64,000 nucleotides of DNA, taken from the NCBI GenBank assembly GCA_965217895.1, contig CBDCJV010000002.1:2368001-2432000 (forward strand), given 5' to 3'. Numbering within the stretch: the stretch's first letter is position 1; the number at the start of each line of letters is the position of its first letter. The notes beneath the pieces were generated by a model. It was given only the letters and a program-made list of their open reading frames with translations. It was not told the DNA's origin and did no database searches. This DNA is from Waterburya sp. (GTDB taxonomy: Bacteria > Cyanobacteriota > Cyanobacteriia > Cyanobacteriales > Xenococcaceae). A program made the position numbers and the translations under genes. Below are positions 1 through 9,970 of this stretch, one piece after another.

Positions 1-63
1 ATACTTTTCAATTTGAGCGATCGCCTCAAGAATATCTCTCAAACGTTCTTGGTCGTATCTCAT
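1..63 (-). CDS. N-terminus of HEPN/DUF86 (HepT-like) toxin, runs off the window
   Basis: Minus strand reads MRYDQERLRDILEAIAQIEKY; the ATG overlaps (ATGA) the stop of an upstream MNT-like frame. Confidence 0.7.
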   Translation of the reverse strand, partial: MRYDQERLRDILEAIAQIEKY

Positions 64-220
64 AGCGCGATCGCTTCACTCAATACTCTTTCTCTAATTC
101 TCTCTTTTAAAGCCTCTTCCGTTGCTACATCTACTTTCCGCCCCAGTAATTTTTCCAAATCCAGCATTAAACCCGCAGGAAACCAAGGACTAATATCATC
201 GATGGAGTAGTCCACTAAAT
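60..220 (-). pseudogene. 5'-truncated minimal nucleotidyltransferase (MNT) antitoxin
   Basis: Reads LVDYSIDDISPWFPAGLMLDLEKLLGRKVDVATEEALKERIRERVLSEAIAL*, a typical MNT C-half; no FGS catalytic motif upstream, and an in-frame stop lies just beyond HIP1 at ~244. Confidence 0.7.
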
Positions 221-307
221 AATGATTTTTGATATTTTTATAGGCGATCGCTTTATTTGTTCAATCTTACAAAGAGATTGGTGTCGATTATGGATCATTA
301 AAAGAAA

Positions 308-675
308 TTAATTGCTCATTAATCCAAAAAACTTAGCAGCACCCCCTAAGACAATCACAATGATGCCAATTAATATTCCGCGATTCGTAAATTCGGAATT
401 ACTGATTCGTTTATCTAATTGTTCTACCTTTGTATCTAGGGTATTGATCTGACCAGATAATTTTGTATCTAAAGTATTAATCTGACCAGATAGTTTTTCA
501 TCAATAGATCTAATTTCGCCTTTAACTTCGGCAATACCTACTCTAGTCTCAGTCTTTAGCTCATTAATCTCAGTTTTAACTCAATAGTAGTTTCTGAAAT
601 TTTTTCTAGCCGTCGATTGATTTGTCCTAATAATTCTGCTAAGTCGGTTTGAATTGTAGGATTATCCATTGTCAT
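308..675 (-). pseudogene. Frameshifted coiled-coil protein with C-terminal TM helix (similar architecture to 9488..9784)
   Basis: MTMDNPTIQTDLAELLGQINRRLEKISETTIELK, then a 1-nt loss in an A-run (~575), then TEINELK...KLSGQINTLDT x2...GILIGIIVIVLGGAAKFFGLMSN*. Confidence 0.65.
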
Positions 676-772
676 AGTCGGTCTAGAAAGTTTTAAAAGG
701 TATTCTTAGCTAGATGCTCTAATTGTAGCCGTTAAGCGATCGCAATATATTGCGATCGCTTTTTAAGCTTAG

Positions 773-1249
773 TTAACGAATTTGCGAAGAGGCAGCATCA
801 GAAAGAAGAGGAAGTTCGGGATATTGTCCTTGAATTGAACGAAAAATACAAAAGAAACAGGCAGCAACAGAACCCATAAAAATAGTGTTAGTTAAAGTTT
901 CACTAATCAGACTTTGCCCTCCAAAAGCAGGAACTAAAACTCCCATAATTAAGCTAAACAAAATCTGCAAAATATTGAGCATAATAGCCTGCATAGCGTT
1001 AAAGCGCAGAAAATTGCTCACATTTTCATTTCTAACTACGGCAAACCATAGACCAAAGAAAATAAGCAAACTGGCAAAAGGCAGACTGTTAGTAATGCCA
1101 TAAAGAGCCACTAAAGGAGCAAAAAACTGATACAGCCAGGGAAACTGAGATAATAAAAGTATGCCAAATGGCAAAGAATAAACCAGCGGGAATAAATAGA
1201 TTAAAGCTCCAAGGCTACGATCTTTGGTGTCTATTTCAGGAGTGTTCAT
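773..1249 (-). CDS. Tic20-family membrane protein
   Basis: Hydrophobic ORF with VVRNENVSNFLRFNAMQAI and GQYPELPLLSDAA motifs; likely start MNTPE at 1249. Confidence 0.85.
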   Translation of the reverse strand: MNTPEIDTKDRSLGALIYLFPLVYSLPFGILLLSQFPWLYQFFAPLVALYGITNSLPFASLLIFFGLWFAVVRNENVSNFLRFNAMQAIMLNILQILFSLIMGVLVPAFGGQSLISETLTNTIFMGSVAACFFCIFRSIQGQYPELPLLSDAASSQIR

Positions 1250-1344
1250 AAATAATATCGTTGAGTATTGTGCTTGATAAATGACAATTGCAGTTATACT
1301 CTTCATTCTAAATCTACATTCAGTATTTCTCTATATAAGCAAAT

Positions 1345-2334
1345 TTAGCCTTGCCGATGATGAGGCTTTTGTAAATCAGTAATATCTGGTCCAATGGGAA
1401 TAATACCGCCTGGATTTAAAGGAAACAAATTACCATAATAATCTCGTTTGACGCTTTCCAAATCGCAGGTTTTGGCAACTCCTGGCAACTGATAAATATC
1501 TCTTAGATAAGCTCCTAAATAGTCGTAGTCGCGGATACGACGAAGATTGCATTTAAACAGCCCATAATAAACGATATCAAAACGAAACAAAGTAGTAAAT
1601 AAGCGTATGTCTGCTAAAGTTAAGCGATCGCCACAAAGATAGCGATTAGTTTTCAAAACGGCATCTATCTCATCAAGAGTGGCAAATAATTCTTGACTTG
1701 CTTGTTCGTAAGCGGATTGAGTTTGGGCAAAACCGCAACGATAAACCCCATTATTGACAGTATGATAAATTTTCTCATTCCAGCTATCAATAGCAGTTTT
1801 TAGAGATTCTGGATAAAGTTCCAAGTCAGGACGATCGGCATATTGATTAAATTCTGAATTGAGTATGGCAATAATCTCAGCACTTTCATTATTAACAATG
1901 GTATTAGTTTGCTCATCCCATAAAATTGGCACGGTAGAACGTCCCTGATAGCCTGGGCGCGATCGCTGATAAAGTTCGGGTACGGTATTGCAGCCCAATT
2001 CTGGCTTGGACAAAACCCAAATTCCTGCATCAGGTGAAGGATAAACAATCGACACGGCGATCGCCTCTTCTAGCCCTTTTAAAGCCCTAGTAACTAAAGT
2101 ACGATGCGCCCAAGGGCAACCCATGCCAACATACAGACGGTAACGATTAGCTTCAGGCTGATAAATATTATCTGGCTTGGTATTAATAAAATTTCTTAAC
2201 TGGCTTTGGGGGCGAATATAAGCCCCAGTCTTATTGCCAGGAGCAAGTTGAGACATCATAATTTGCCACATTGTTGTCCAAACAAACTTGCCAGATTTAA
2301 CAATCAGTTTACCTGGAAGAGATTTATTTGCCAT
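1345..2334 (-). CDS. Glutathionyl-hydroquinone reductase (Xi-class GST, YqjG/ECM4-like)
   Basis: CPWAHR, TVPILWD, IVNNES, NNGVYRCGFA, NPGGIIP motifs. Confidence 0.92.
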   Translation of the reverse strand: MANKSLPGKLIVKSGKFVWTTMWQIMMSQLAPGNKTGAYIRPQSQLRNFINTKPDNIYQPEANRYRLYVGMGCPWAHRTLVTRALKGLEEAIAVSIVYPSPDAGIWVLSKPELGCNTVPELYQRSRPGYQGRSTVPILWDEQTNTIVNNESAEIIAILNSEFNQYADRPDLELYPESLKTAIDSWNEKIYHTVNNGVYRCGFAQTQSAYEQASQELFATLDEIDAVLKTNRYLCGDRLTLADIRLFTTLFRFDIVYYGLFKCNLRRIRDYDYLGAYLRDIYQLPGVAKTCDLESVKRDYYGNLFPLNPGGIIPIGPDITDLQKPHHRQG

Positions 2335-2738
2335 TAGCTTACTTTCTCTATATTAGATACATTTTCAGCTTACTACTCTCTACTTTTCTTATTCCGAACT
2401 CAGGTTAAATATTTAATTGATATTACGCAGCATGGGGTCATGGAGTAGTGAGTAAGGAGTATAGAAGATAGAGGAGTGATAGAGATAGAGGAGTAATTAC
2501 CTCAAACACCTCACCACCACAAATACCTCATTACCCCAAACACCCCACTACTCAGTCTTCACAGATCGATAAATGCGTAACATCAAATATTTAATTGTTT
2601 TCGTAATGACCATTACTACTATAGGCATCAATTACTATTATTCTATGAGCATGGCATTTTTAACTACGTTTGCTTTGGCTTATTTAACCAAAGGTTCACG
2701 CTCTAAATAGCTACTAAAACTTCCTACTTTAAAAAAAT

Positions 2739-3362
2739 ATGCTTTCTCAAATCGTCCGCCCGATGGTTAATACTCAAATACATTTATTGGCTAAAAGTAA
2801 AGCAACAAAAATAACCTTAATCAAAACGATCGCCAAATGGCTTGGTTTTCTGGGAGTAGAGGCTCAAGTTACCCAGCTTAAGACCACGGGAGACAAAATT
2901 CAGGTATCAATTACTGTTGGTCAGCCAGAAAATAGCGATCGCGCCGACTGGCAAAAAATTATCGATAATCTTAGTCAAGACACTTTAGAAATAAAAGAAT
3001 TAGATGCTAATCAATCTACTTCTATTCACTCTAGTTCTATTTCTGCCGAGCAAAAAATAAAATATTATCGTATTTTGGCATACGCTATTCAAATGAGCGA
3101 TCGCGCTCAAGCTATTGATTGGTCGAAAATACATCCTCAGTTACAAGCACTTGGACTCGAAGAATCAATGATGTTAGGAATTAAATCGGCTTTGAAAGTA
3201 CCCCAATCTATCGATCGCCTAGTTAAAGATTTAGATGCAGATGTAGCAGCAATAGCACTTTCTCAAGCAGCCAGTATTGCTTTACTCGATCGCCAAGTAA
3301 ACCCCGAAGAATATCAGGTAATGCAAACATTATTAAACGCGATGACGGATAACTGTCGTTAA
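2739..3362 (+). CDS. Conserved hypothetical protein (possible TerB-like C-terminus)
   Basis: 207 aa ORF; C-terminal IALLDRQVNPEE motif. Confidence 0.7.
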   Translation: MLSQIVRPMVNTQIHLLAKSKATKITLIKTIAKWLGFLGVEAQVTQLKTTGDKIQVSITVGQPENSDRADWQKIIDNLSQDTLEIKELDANQSTSIHSSSISAEQKIKYYRILAYAIQMSDRAQAIDWSKIHPQLQALGLEESMMLGIKSALKVPQSIDRLVKDLDADVAAIALSQAASIALLDRQVNPEEYQVMQTLLNAMTDNCR

Positions 3363-3364
3363 GT

Positions 3365-3622
3365 TAGGACTTACGCACTCGCCCCCTAAATCCCCCAAGG
3401 CGAGCGACCCCCGCGCATGGTTCAGCAGTTTGCTTATGCCAGGAAACCTGTCCACCGCAACTGCTTCACCGCGTCGCCGTCAGAGGTCAGACCCCGCGTC
3501 GTCCGAAGGCGCAAGGGAATGCTGACCTAGCAAGGGAATGCGCGAGAGGGGGACTTTTAATTCTTGTTCCCCCAGATTTGGGGGGCTAGGGGGGCAAAAC
3601 TCGTTAAACTGCGTAAGTCCTA
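3365..3622. mobile_element. MITE with 13-bp TIRs carrying nested hairpin inserts
   Basis: TAGGACTTACGCA at 3365 and TGCGTAAGTCCTA ending 3622; internal CCCCCTAAATCCCCCAA...TTGGGGGGCTAGGGGGG repeat; related copy at 9797, lone TIR at ~57981. Confidence 0.8.
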
Positions 3623-3897
3623 TAAGTAATGGTTGTTTAATTATTCCTTATTCTCTATCTCTTACTTATTCATGCCTATTTACTAGTTTAAAGTAAAGAA
3701 AAGCAAGATTAGACAAGTCTAAGCAACAAAAGAGAAGAATTGCTCGACGATATTTTGTAGGTTGTGATTATTGAGCAATCTTAATTATAGCGATCGCCTT
3801 ATCAAAGCGAAGTAATAAAAAGCTAAAAACTGAACCACTGCTTTTGGTGAGGGAAGATGCAGTTGACGATTGAGAGTAAGTTTAAACAAAAATAATT

Positions 3898-5436
3898 ATG
3901 ATTAGTACAGCACAAAAATGTCAGACTAAAATTGAGCAGCCTGAACCAGCAGAGCCTTGTGCGATCGCAATTTTCGGCGCAGCAGGAGATTTGACCAAAC
4001 GCCTACTGATGCCAGCGTTGTACAATTTGGCTAAATCTGGTTTATTGCCTAAAAAGTTCGCTATTATCGGCGTAGCACATACAGACTTGAGTAGCGACGA
4101 GTTTCGCAGTCAAATGAGCCAGGATATTAAGGAGTTTGCTACCCAAGAAGTTGATAGTAAAATCTGGGACTGGATTGAAGAGCGACTGGATTATCTTCAG
4201 GCTGATTTTGAAGACCCTGATACCTATAAACAATTACAAAAGCGGTTATCAGAGGCAGATGAGCGACAGGGAACGAACGGTAATTATTTATTCTACTTAG
4301 CAACCTCTCCTAGCTTTTTTCGACCAATTATTGAAGGACTGGGCAAAGCCAAACTAACAGCAGAATCAGATGAACAATGGCGCAGGGTGATTATTGAAAA
4401 GCCTTTCGGACAAGATTTAGATTCTGCTCGTAGTCTCAATCAAGATATTTTTAAGGTTCTAAATGAAAACCAAGTTTACCGCATCGACCATTATTTAGGT
4501 AAAGAAACCGTGCAAAATCTGCTGGTTTTCCGTTTTGCTAACGGACTGTTTGAACCGATCTGGAATCGCAACAATATTGACCACGTGCAAATTACGGTAT
4601 CCGAAACCGTGGGCGTAGAAAAGCGGGGTAACTATTACGACAAGGCTGGTGCATTGAGGGACATGATTCCCAATCACCTGTTTCAATTACTGGCATTAAC
4701 AGCGATGGAAGCACCTACCTGTTTTGCAGCCGATGCAGTACGGGACGAAAAAACCAAACTGTTTCATGCAGTACAGGCGATCGCAACCGAAGAGGCTGAT
4801 AACTATGCAGTACGAGGACAATACGACCAAGGACAGGTAGGGGATGGAGAAGCAAAAGCATATCGCGATGAACCCAGAGTCGATCCTGACTCCGATACCG
4901 AATCTTATGTAGCACTCAAGCTATTAATCGATAATTGGCGTTGGGCGGGAGTACCTTTCTATCTAAGAACGGGTAAATATATGCCCCAAAAGACCAGCGA
5001 GATTGCGATTCAGTTTAAGCAAGCACCTTTTGCCATGTTTCGCGACACCCCAGTTGAATGCCTAACTCCTAATTTTCTGGTAATTCAAATACAGCCAGTT
5101 GAAAGAATCTCTTTGCAAATTGGGGCGAAAGTTCCAGGAGCGAAGGTAAATATCGACGGTGTAGAAATGGACTTTTCTTACAAAGATTGTTTTGGTGCTG
5201 CTCCCCAAACTGGCTACGAAACCCTGATTTATGACTGCTTAATCGGCGATGCCACTCTGTTTCAAAGGGCGGACAACACCGAAGCAGCCTGGAAGATTGT
5301 CGATCCCATACTTGAAGCCTGGAAGCAAAGTAAAGCCGATTTTCCTAACTATACTGCGGGAACTTGGGGACCAAAATCGGCAGATGAGTTGCTAGAACGA
5401 GATGGTCGTCAGTGGCGAGTTATGTCTGTTGAGTAG
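3898..5436 (+). CDS. zwf: Glucose-6-phosphate 1-dehydrogenase
   Basis: [32 protein letters not shown] motifs. Confidence 0.96.
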   Translation: MISTAQKCQTKIEQPEPAEPCAIAIFGAAGDLTKRLLMPALYNLAKSGLLPKKFAIIGVAHTDLSSDEFRSQMSQDIKEFATQEVDSKIWDWIEERLDYLQADFEDPDTYKQLQKRLSEADERQGTNGNYLFYLATSPSFFRPIIEGLGKAKLTAESDEQWRRVIIEKPFGQDLDSARSLNQDIFKVLNENQVYRIDHYLGKETVQNLLVFRFANGLFEPIWNRNNIDHVQITVSETVGVEKRGNYYDKAGALRDMIPNHLFQLLALTAMEAPTCFAADAVRDEKTKLFHAVQAIATEEADNYAVRGQYDQGQVGDGEAKAYRDEPRVDPDSDTESYVALKLLIDNWRWAGVPFYLRTGKYMPQKTSEIAIQFKQAPFAMFRDTPVECLTPNFLVIQIQPVERISLQIGAKVPGAKVNIDGVEMDFSYKDCFGAAPQTGYETLIYDCLIGDATLFQRADNTEAAWKIVDPILEAWKQSKADFPNYTAGTWGPKSADELLERDGRQWRVMSVE

Positions 5437-5533
5437 GAGGTAGGGAGTCATGGAGAACTTTTCCCTAAATTTTACAGTTAAGTCCGATCAAAGATTGCAC
5501 TAATCAATTTAACAATTAAACAAGGAGAATACT

Positions 5534-5737
5534 ATGTCAGATCTAACAATTCAAGCTAAAGATAACGGTCCTTTTATCGTTAAAGGAGATGCTTCCATTA
5601 CCGACGGTAGTGGAGACGCTTTTGAAACCAAAGACCATATAGCTCTTTGCCGTTGCGGGGCTTCTACCGAGCGACCTTTCTGCGATGGTACTCATGGCAA
5701 AATCGGTTTTGAAGCAGCAGAAAAAGCCTCCGAATGA
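5534..5737 (+). CDS. CDGSH iron-sulfur domain protein
   Basis: LCRCGASTERPFCDGTH; AAGGAG RBS. Confidence 0.9.
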   Translation: MSDLTIQAKDNGPFIVKGDASITDGSGDAFETKDHIALCRCGASTERPFCDGTHGKIGFEAAEKASE

Positions 5738-5833
5738 CAAAGCATAGCTCAAGAAATATAGCGATCTCCCTTATCAAATCAACTTATACAGCGATCGCTA
5801 TCTAAAAAATTCGAGAAATTTGGAATAATCACA

Positions 5834-6649
5834 ATGAATAAATCTACCAAAGTTTCCTTAGTAGTCGCTGACGTAGACGGAACCCTAGTCAACCATGATA
5901 AAGTGTTAACCGATCGCGCCTGTGCTGCGGTCAAAAAACTACACGATGCCGACATTATATTTGCTATCACCAGCGGACGACCACCTTTGGGTATGAAAAT
6001 GCTGGTTGAACCGCTAAATCTCAAAGCACCGATAGGTGCATTTAATGGCGGAATATTTATCAATCCTGACTTTTCGGTTATCGAACAAAATAGTCTGCCC
6101 CAAGATGTTACCGAACAGGCAATTTCCATTATCAGAGAGCATAACTTAGATGTTTGGATTTATCTAGAAAAAGACTGGTACGTTCAGGACAAAAATGGTT
6201 CTCATGTAAACCGCGAGAGCAATACCGTGAAGTTTAAGCCTACTGTGGTTGATAACTACGACAACTTACTGAGTAATGTAGTCAAGATTGTGGGTGTCAG
6301 CGATGACCTGGATGCGGTCGCAGAATGCGAAGCTGCTACTCAAAAGACATTGGGAGATCGCGCCTCTGCTTCTCGTTCTCAGCCTTATTATCTTGATATT
6401 ACCCATCCTCAGGCGAATAAAGAAACCGTAATTAAGCGTCTCTCCCAAATGCTTGATATTTCTCTAGAAGAAATTGCTACCCTAGGCGATATGTCAAATG
6501 ACGTGCCGATGTTCAAGCTTAGCGGCATGAGTATTGCAATGGGCAACTCTAATGAAGATGTGCAAAACCAGGCAACATACACGACTGATTCTTATACAGA
6601 AGAAGGTTTCGCCAAGGCGAGCGACCCCCTAAAGGGTTCAACAGTTTGA
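5834..6649 (+). CDS. Cof-type HAD-IIB hydrolase; last residues supplied by an inserted repeat
   Basis: DVDGTL, TSGRP, GDMSND, AMGNS motifs; sequence after GFAKA matches the GGCGAGCGACCCCC repeat also at 3399, 9832 and 39512 (rc). Confidence 0.9.
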   Translation: MNKSTKVSLVVADVDGTLVNHDKVLTDRACAAVKKLHDADIIFAITSGRPPLGMKMLVEPLNLKAPIGAFNGGIFINPDFSVIEQNSLPQDVTEQAISIIREHNLDVWIYLEKDWYVQDKNGSHVNRESNTVKFKPTVVDNYDNLLSNVVKIVGVSDDLDAVAECEAATQKTLGDRASASRSQPYYLDITHPQANKETVIKRLSQMLDISLEEIATLGDMSNDVPMFKLSGMSIAMGNSNEDVQNQATYTTDSYTEEGFAKASDPLKGSTV

Positions 6650-7198
6650 CGGGCGGTATAAACGTCGCAGCAAAGCTACGACGACACGCCCCCCAAGTTT
6701 GGGTAGGGCTGTTTCATTCTAGAGCTAAAGTGCGGTAAATTGATATAAAACCTAATTTAACCGCTCAATGACTTTAAAAAACTTTGATAAAAGCTTAATT
6801 GACTATTTGAAACAAATACCTGATGAGCGAAAAGCAGGTGAATGAATGAGCATCTCAGTATACTCACAATAGTCAAGGTCAATGGATTGCAATTGATGGC
6901 AAAAGTTTGAAAAATACTGTCAACGACTGTTATGGACAACAGCAAAACTTCGTCATGATGGTTTCGGCTTTGACTCATGAAGGCGGGGAAATTTTAGGCA
7001 TAAAAGTTAGGGAAAATAAGAAACAAAGTGAGATTGTCGCCGTGCAAGACTTATTAGAATTGCTGCATTTAAAAGGAGTGGTGTTCACGATGGATGCTCT
7101 ACATTGTCAAAAAAAACAGTCTCAGCAATTATCGACAGTGGTAATAACTACCTAATTGTGGTCAAAAGAAATCAAAAAACATTACATCGACAAATTGA

Positions 7199-7246
7199 GC
7201 GGAGGAAATGCGTGGGTTTCCCGCGCTTATTCCACTCCGCTGTTGA
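7199..7246. mobile_element. 48-bp in-frame hairpin insert (TCAA-bounded micro-element)
   Basis: GCGGAG...CTCCGC stem flanked by TTGA repeats; removal gives HRQIE-FQATST. Confidence 0.7.
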
Positions 7247-7465
7247 ATTTCAAGCAACAAGTACAAAGGCGATTAGTTGCTTTGAGCAGATCGAGAAGAC
7301 GAGAAATCGACTAACTCATCGAACTGTAGAAGTATTGGCTCCTCCATCAAACATTGATTCTCAATGGGTTGGAGTTCATAGTATCATCAAAATTTTCCGT
7401 TCGCGAACAAGAGGTAATCACGATTACGAATCGGATTCGGCGACTTATTATATTAGTTCTTTACC

Positions 7466-7828
7466 CAACTCCTTCGGAGTTAAGTAGCAAGTAGCGCGTT
7501 CTGGAGAACGCCGACATCGCTTCGCGATGGCGACACGCTCCAGCGTGTGCAAATAGCAGATAGCAATTAAGAAAAACTCCGAAGTTGGATATGCAGTCTC
7601 TTCATTGATGAGGAAAAGATGAAAAAATAATTCAACTCTCGAATACATGCGGGCAAGCCCTTTGTCTGACACAGGAGCTATCGCTCCATGTCGTCGTCTT
7701 CGACGACTTTGCAAGCTTTGCTTGCTGTGGCAGAGGTTGAACTTGCAGACGCGAAGCGCGTCTGGCCGTTGCGGAGCAACGTCGGCAGCCTCCAGGCTGC
7801 GCTACTTGTTATCTTGCTACTTGTGAAC
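7466..7828. mobile_element. Non-coding hairpin-rich element (family Z), copy 1
   Basis: Exact removal restores YISSL-PATSWLIPQGIGRHWGIEN; both ends shared with 58521-58770 (rc). Confidence 0.85.
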
Positions 7829-7896
7829 AGCAACTTCTTGGCTTATTCCCCAAGGTATTGGCCGACATTGGGGTATCGAGAATCGTTGGCATTGGG

Positions 7897-7938
7897 GAGG
7901 CACGGACGGCGAACCTGCGTCGCCGTATTGAGTGCCGT
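7897..7938. mobile_element. 42-bp hairpin insert
   Basis: GGCAC..ACGGCGA/TCGCCGT..GTGCC stems; removal restores HW-V-KDVV of the ISAs1 transposase. Confidence 0.75.
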
Positions 7939-8194
7939 TTAAGGATGTCGTAACGAAAGAAGATAACAGCCCTCAACTTCACGGCAAAGCATCCACAAAC
8001 ATCTCTTTGATTAAAAGTTGGGTTATTAACCTACTGAGAGTTCATGGTTTTGATTCTATGACTGAGGCAATCAGTTATTTAAGCCATAATTTGCCATTAT
8101 TACTTTCTTTGTGTCACTGATAGGTGTAGTGAATAGATTTATTCGCGATCGCATCTTCTATTTTGAGAATGAAACAGCCCTACCAAACTTGAGG

Positions 8195-8522
8195 GAACAA
8201 GATCTAAAAGTCCCTCAGAATTGAGGGATTTAGGGGGCGGTATTCATTCCCAGTCAAACAGATAAGCGATCGCTTGAGTCTTAATCTACGCTGTATACTT
8301 TACCTAAATTTATGGTTTTGCCCCCCTAGCCCCCCAAGTTTGGGGGGAACAAGATCTAAAAGTCTCCCAGGATTGGGGGATTTAGGGGGCGGTATTCATT
8401 CCCAGTCAAACAGATAAGCGATCGCTTGAGTCTTAATCTACGCTGTATACTTTCATCCCAAGCCTAGGGGAAACAAAATCCAAAAGTCCCCCAGGATTGG
8501 GGGATTTAGGGGGCGGTATTTG
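8195..8522. repeat. Tandem REP-like palindromic repeats (2 full units plus 1 partial)
   Basis: AACAAGATCTAAAAGTC...GGGATTTAGGGGGCGGTATTCATTCCCAGTCAAACAGATAAGCGATCGC...GTATACTTT at ~8196 and ~8348; partial unit at ~8472. Confidence 0.85.
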
Positions 8523-8549
8523 TTTCCGAACTAAACTTAAAAGAACAAA

Positions 8550-8909
<360 letters not shown>

Positions 8910-8930
8910 TTATAAGAATTAGACTTTCAC

Positions 8931-9032
8931 TATTTTACGTATATTCATCCATAAAGCTAGCCCTTCAGTTTATACATTTTATTTGTTCGTTTTATGATAT
9001 AGGATTTGGGCTTTGAGGCTCAAGGCGATCGC
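8931..9032. repeat. 102-bp direct repeat, copy 1 (glnB upstream region), ending in HIP1
   Basis: Near-identical to 10287-10388. Confidence 0.9.
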
Positions 9033-9151
9033 ACGTGCGTAGTGCGATCGAAGCTTTGGGGTTTCCTCAGGCGTTCATGTCGGACGTGGCGGAGTAATCT
9101 GTGACTGTCGAGTTATAATTTTGATCGAAATCGACAAATTAGAAAATAGTT

Positions 9152-9334
9152 ATGTCAACCCTTGAGCAAATTGAAGCAGCTATCCTTACACTTTCGCCAA
9201 ATGAGTTTCAACAACTCAGAAAGTGGCTTTTTGACCTGGATTATGAGCGTTGGGACGAGCAGTTAGAGCAGAATGTCGCAGACGGTAAGTTAGAGGCTTT
9301 AGCTGAAGAAGCGATCTCTCAATTCAAATTATAG
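9152..9334 (+). CDS. Small putative antitoxin, orphan and probably C-terminally truncated
   Basis: MSTLEQIEAAILTLSPNEFQQLRKWL..WDEQLEQNVADGKLEALAEEAI resembles small proteins that precede RelE/ParE-like toxins; no toxin follows. Confidence 0.6.
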   Translation: MSTLEQIEAAILTLSPNEFQQLRKWLFDLDYERWDEQLEQNVADGKLEALAEEAISQFKL

Positions 9335-9487
9335 ATTGTAAAGCGATCGCCCTAAAGAATTCCGATCGCGGATATCGCTACCTGTAGCTTTAGGATCGCT
9401 GAAATAACGATGTTATAATTATTTTCATAATCGGCGCGGTAACTTTTGATAACGAACGCAAAGGCTTCAAAGTATAACAGTACAACA

Positions 9488-9784
9488 ATGAGTAACATAC
9501 AAATAGAGTCCGACCTCAAAGAAATTCTTAATAAGCTGGAGCAAAAACTAGATCGCATCGAGAATAAGTTCGATCAAAAACTAGATCATCTTCAGAAAGA
9601 CGTTACTGATATAAATCTGAGATTAACCAAGGTAGAAACCAAACTTGACAGCACCGTAGAAGATATCAAGGAAATTAAAGGTTCACAAAAAGCGCAGATC
9701 TGGACGCTGATTGGAGTCTTGATTACTGCTGTTGCTGGGTTTCTCATAGCAGTTGGCAGATCTGTTTTTTCATTTAATCCTTAA
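9488..9784 (+). CDS. Coiled-coil protein with C-terminal membrane anchor
   Basis: Heptad-rich MSNIQIESDLKEIL..., then QIWTLIGVLITAVAGFLIAV. Confidence 0.75.
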   Translation: MSNIQIESDLKEILNKLEQKLDRIENKFDQKLDHLQKDVTDINLRLTKVETKLDSTVEDIKEIKGSQKAQIWTLIGVLITAVAGFLIAVGRSVFSFNP

Positions 9785-9796
9785 GATCAAATAGTA

Positions 9797-9970
9797 TAGG
9801 ACTTCCTCACTCGCCCCCTAAATCCCCCAAGACGAGCGACCCCCGCGCATGGTTCGACATCGGAAAGCATTCCCTTGCGCCTGACGGCGGCGCGGGGTCT
9901 TTCCTCAGTTTGACGGGCGTCATAAACGCCTGGGAAACCACAGGCGCAAGGGGGGGAACTTTCAATTCTT
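9797..9970. mobile_element. Degenerate copy of the 3365-type MITE with nested hairpins
   Basis: TAGGACTTCCTCACTCGCCCCCTAAATCCCCCAAGACGAGCGACCCCCGCGCATGGTTC matches 3365-3423. Confidence 0.75.

Larger units (their letters stand above)
6704..8182 (+). mobile_element. Degenerate ISAs1-family insertion sequence
   Basis: 17-bp TIRs TAGGGCTGTTTCATTCT / AGAATGAAACAGCCCTA; transposase fragments WIAIDGKSL, TMDALHCQKKT, YYISSL, HWGIENRWHW, KDVVTKED; N-terminal part missing; three nested insertions. Confidence 0.9.

Noticed and set aside
7105..7120. A-run frameshifts in ISAs1 and IS5 (~58475) as novel recoding
   Set aside because: Slippery A-runs splitting these transposases are common, and both elements are dead anyway.
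7448..7942. ORFs 7448..7714 (-) and 7688..7942 (+)
   Set aside because: Chance frames across GC-rich hairpin inserts within the ISAs1 pseudogene.
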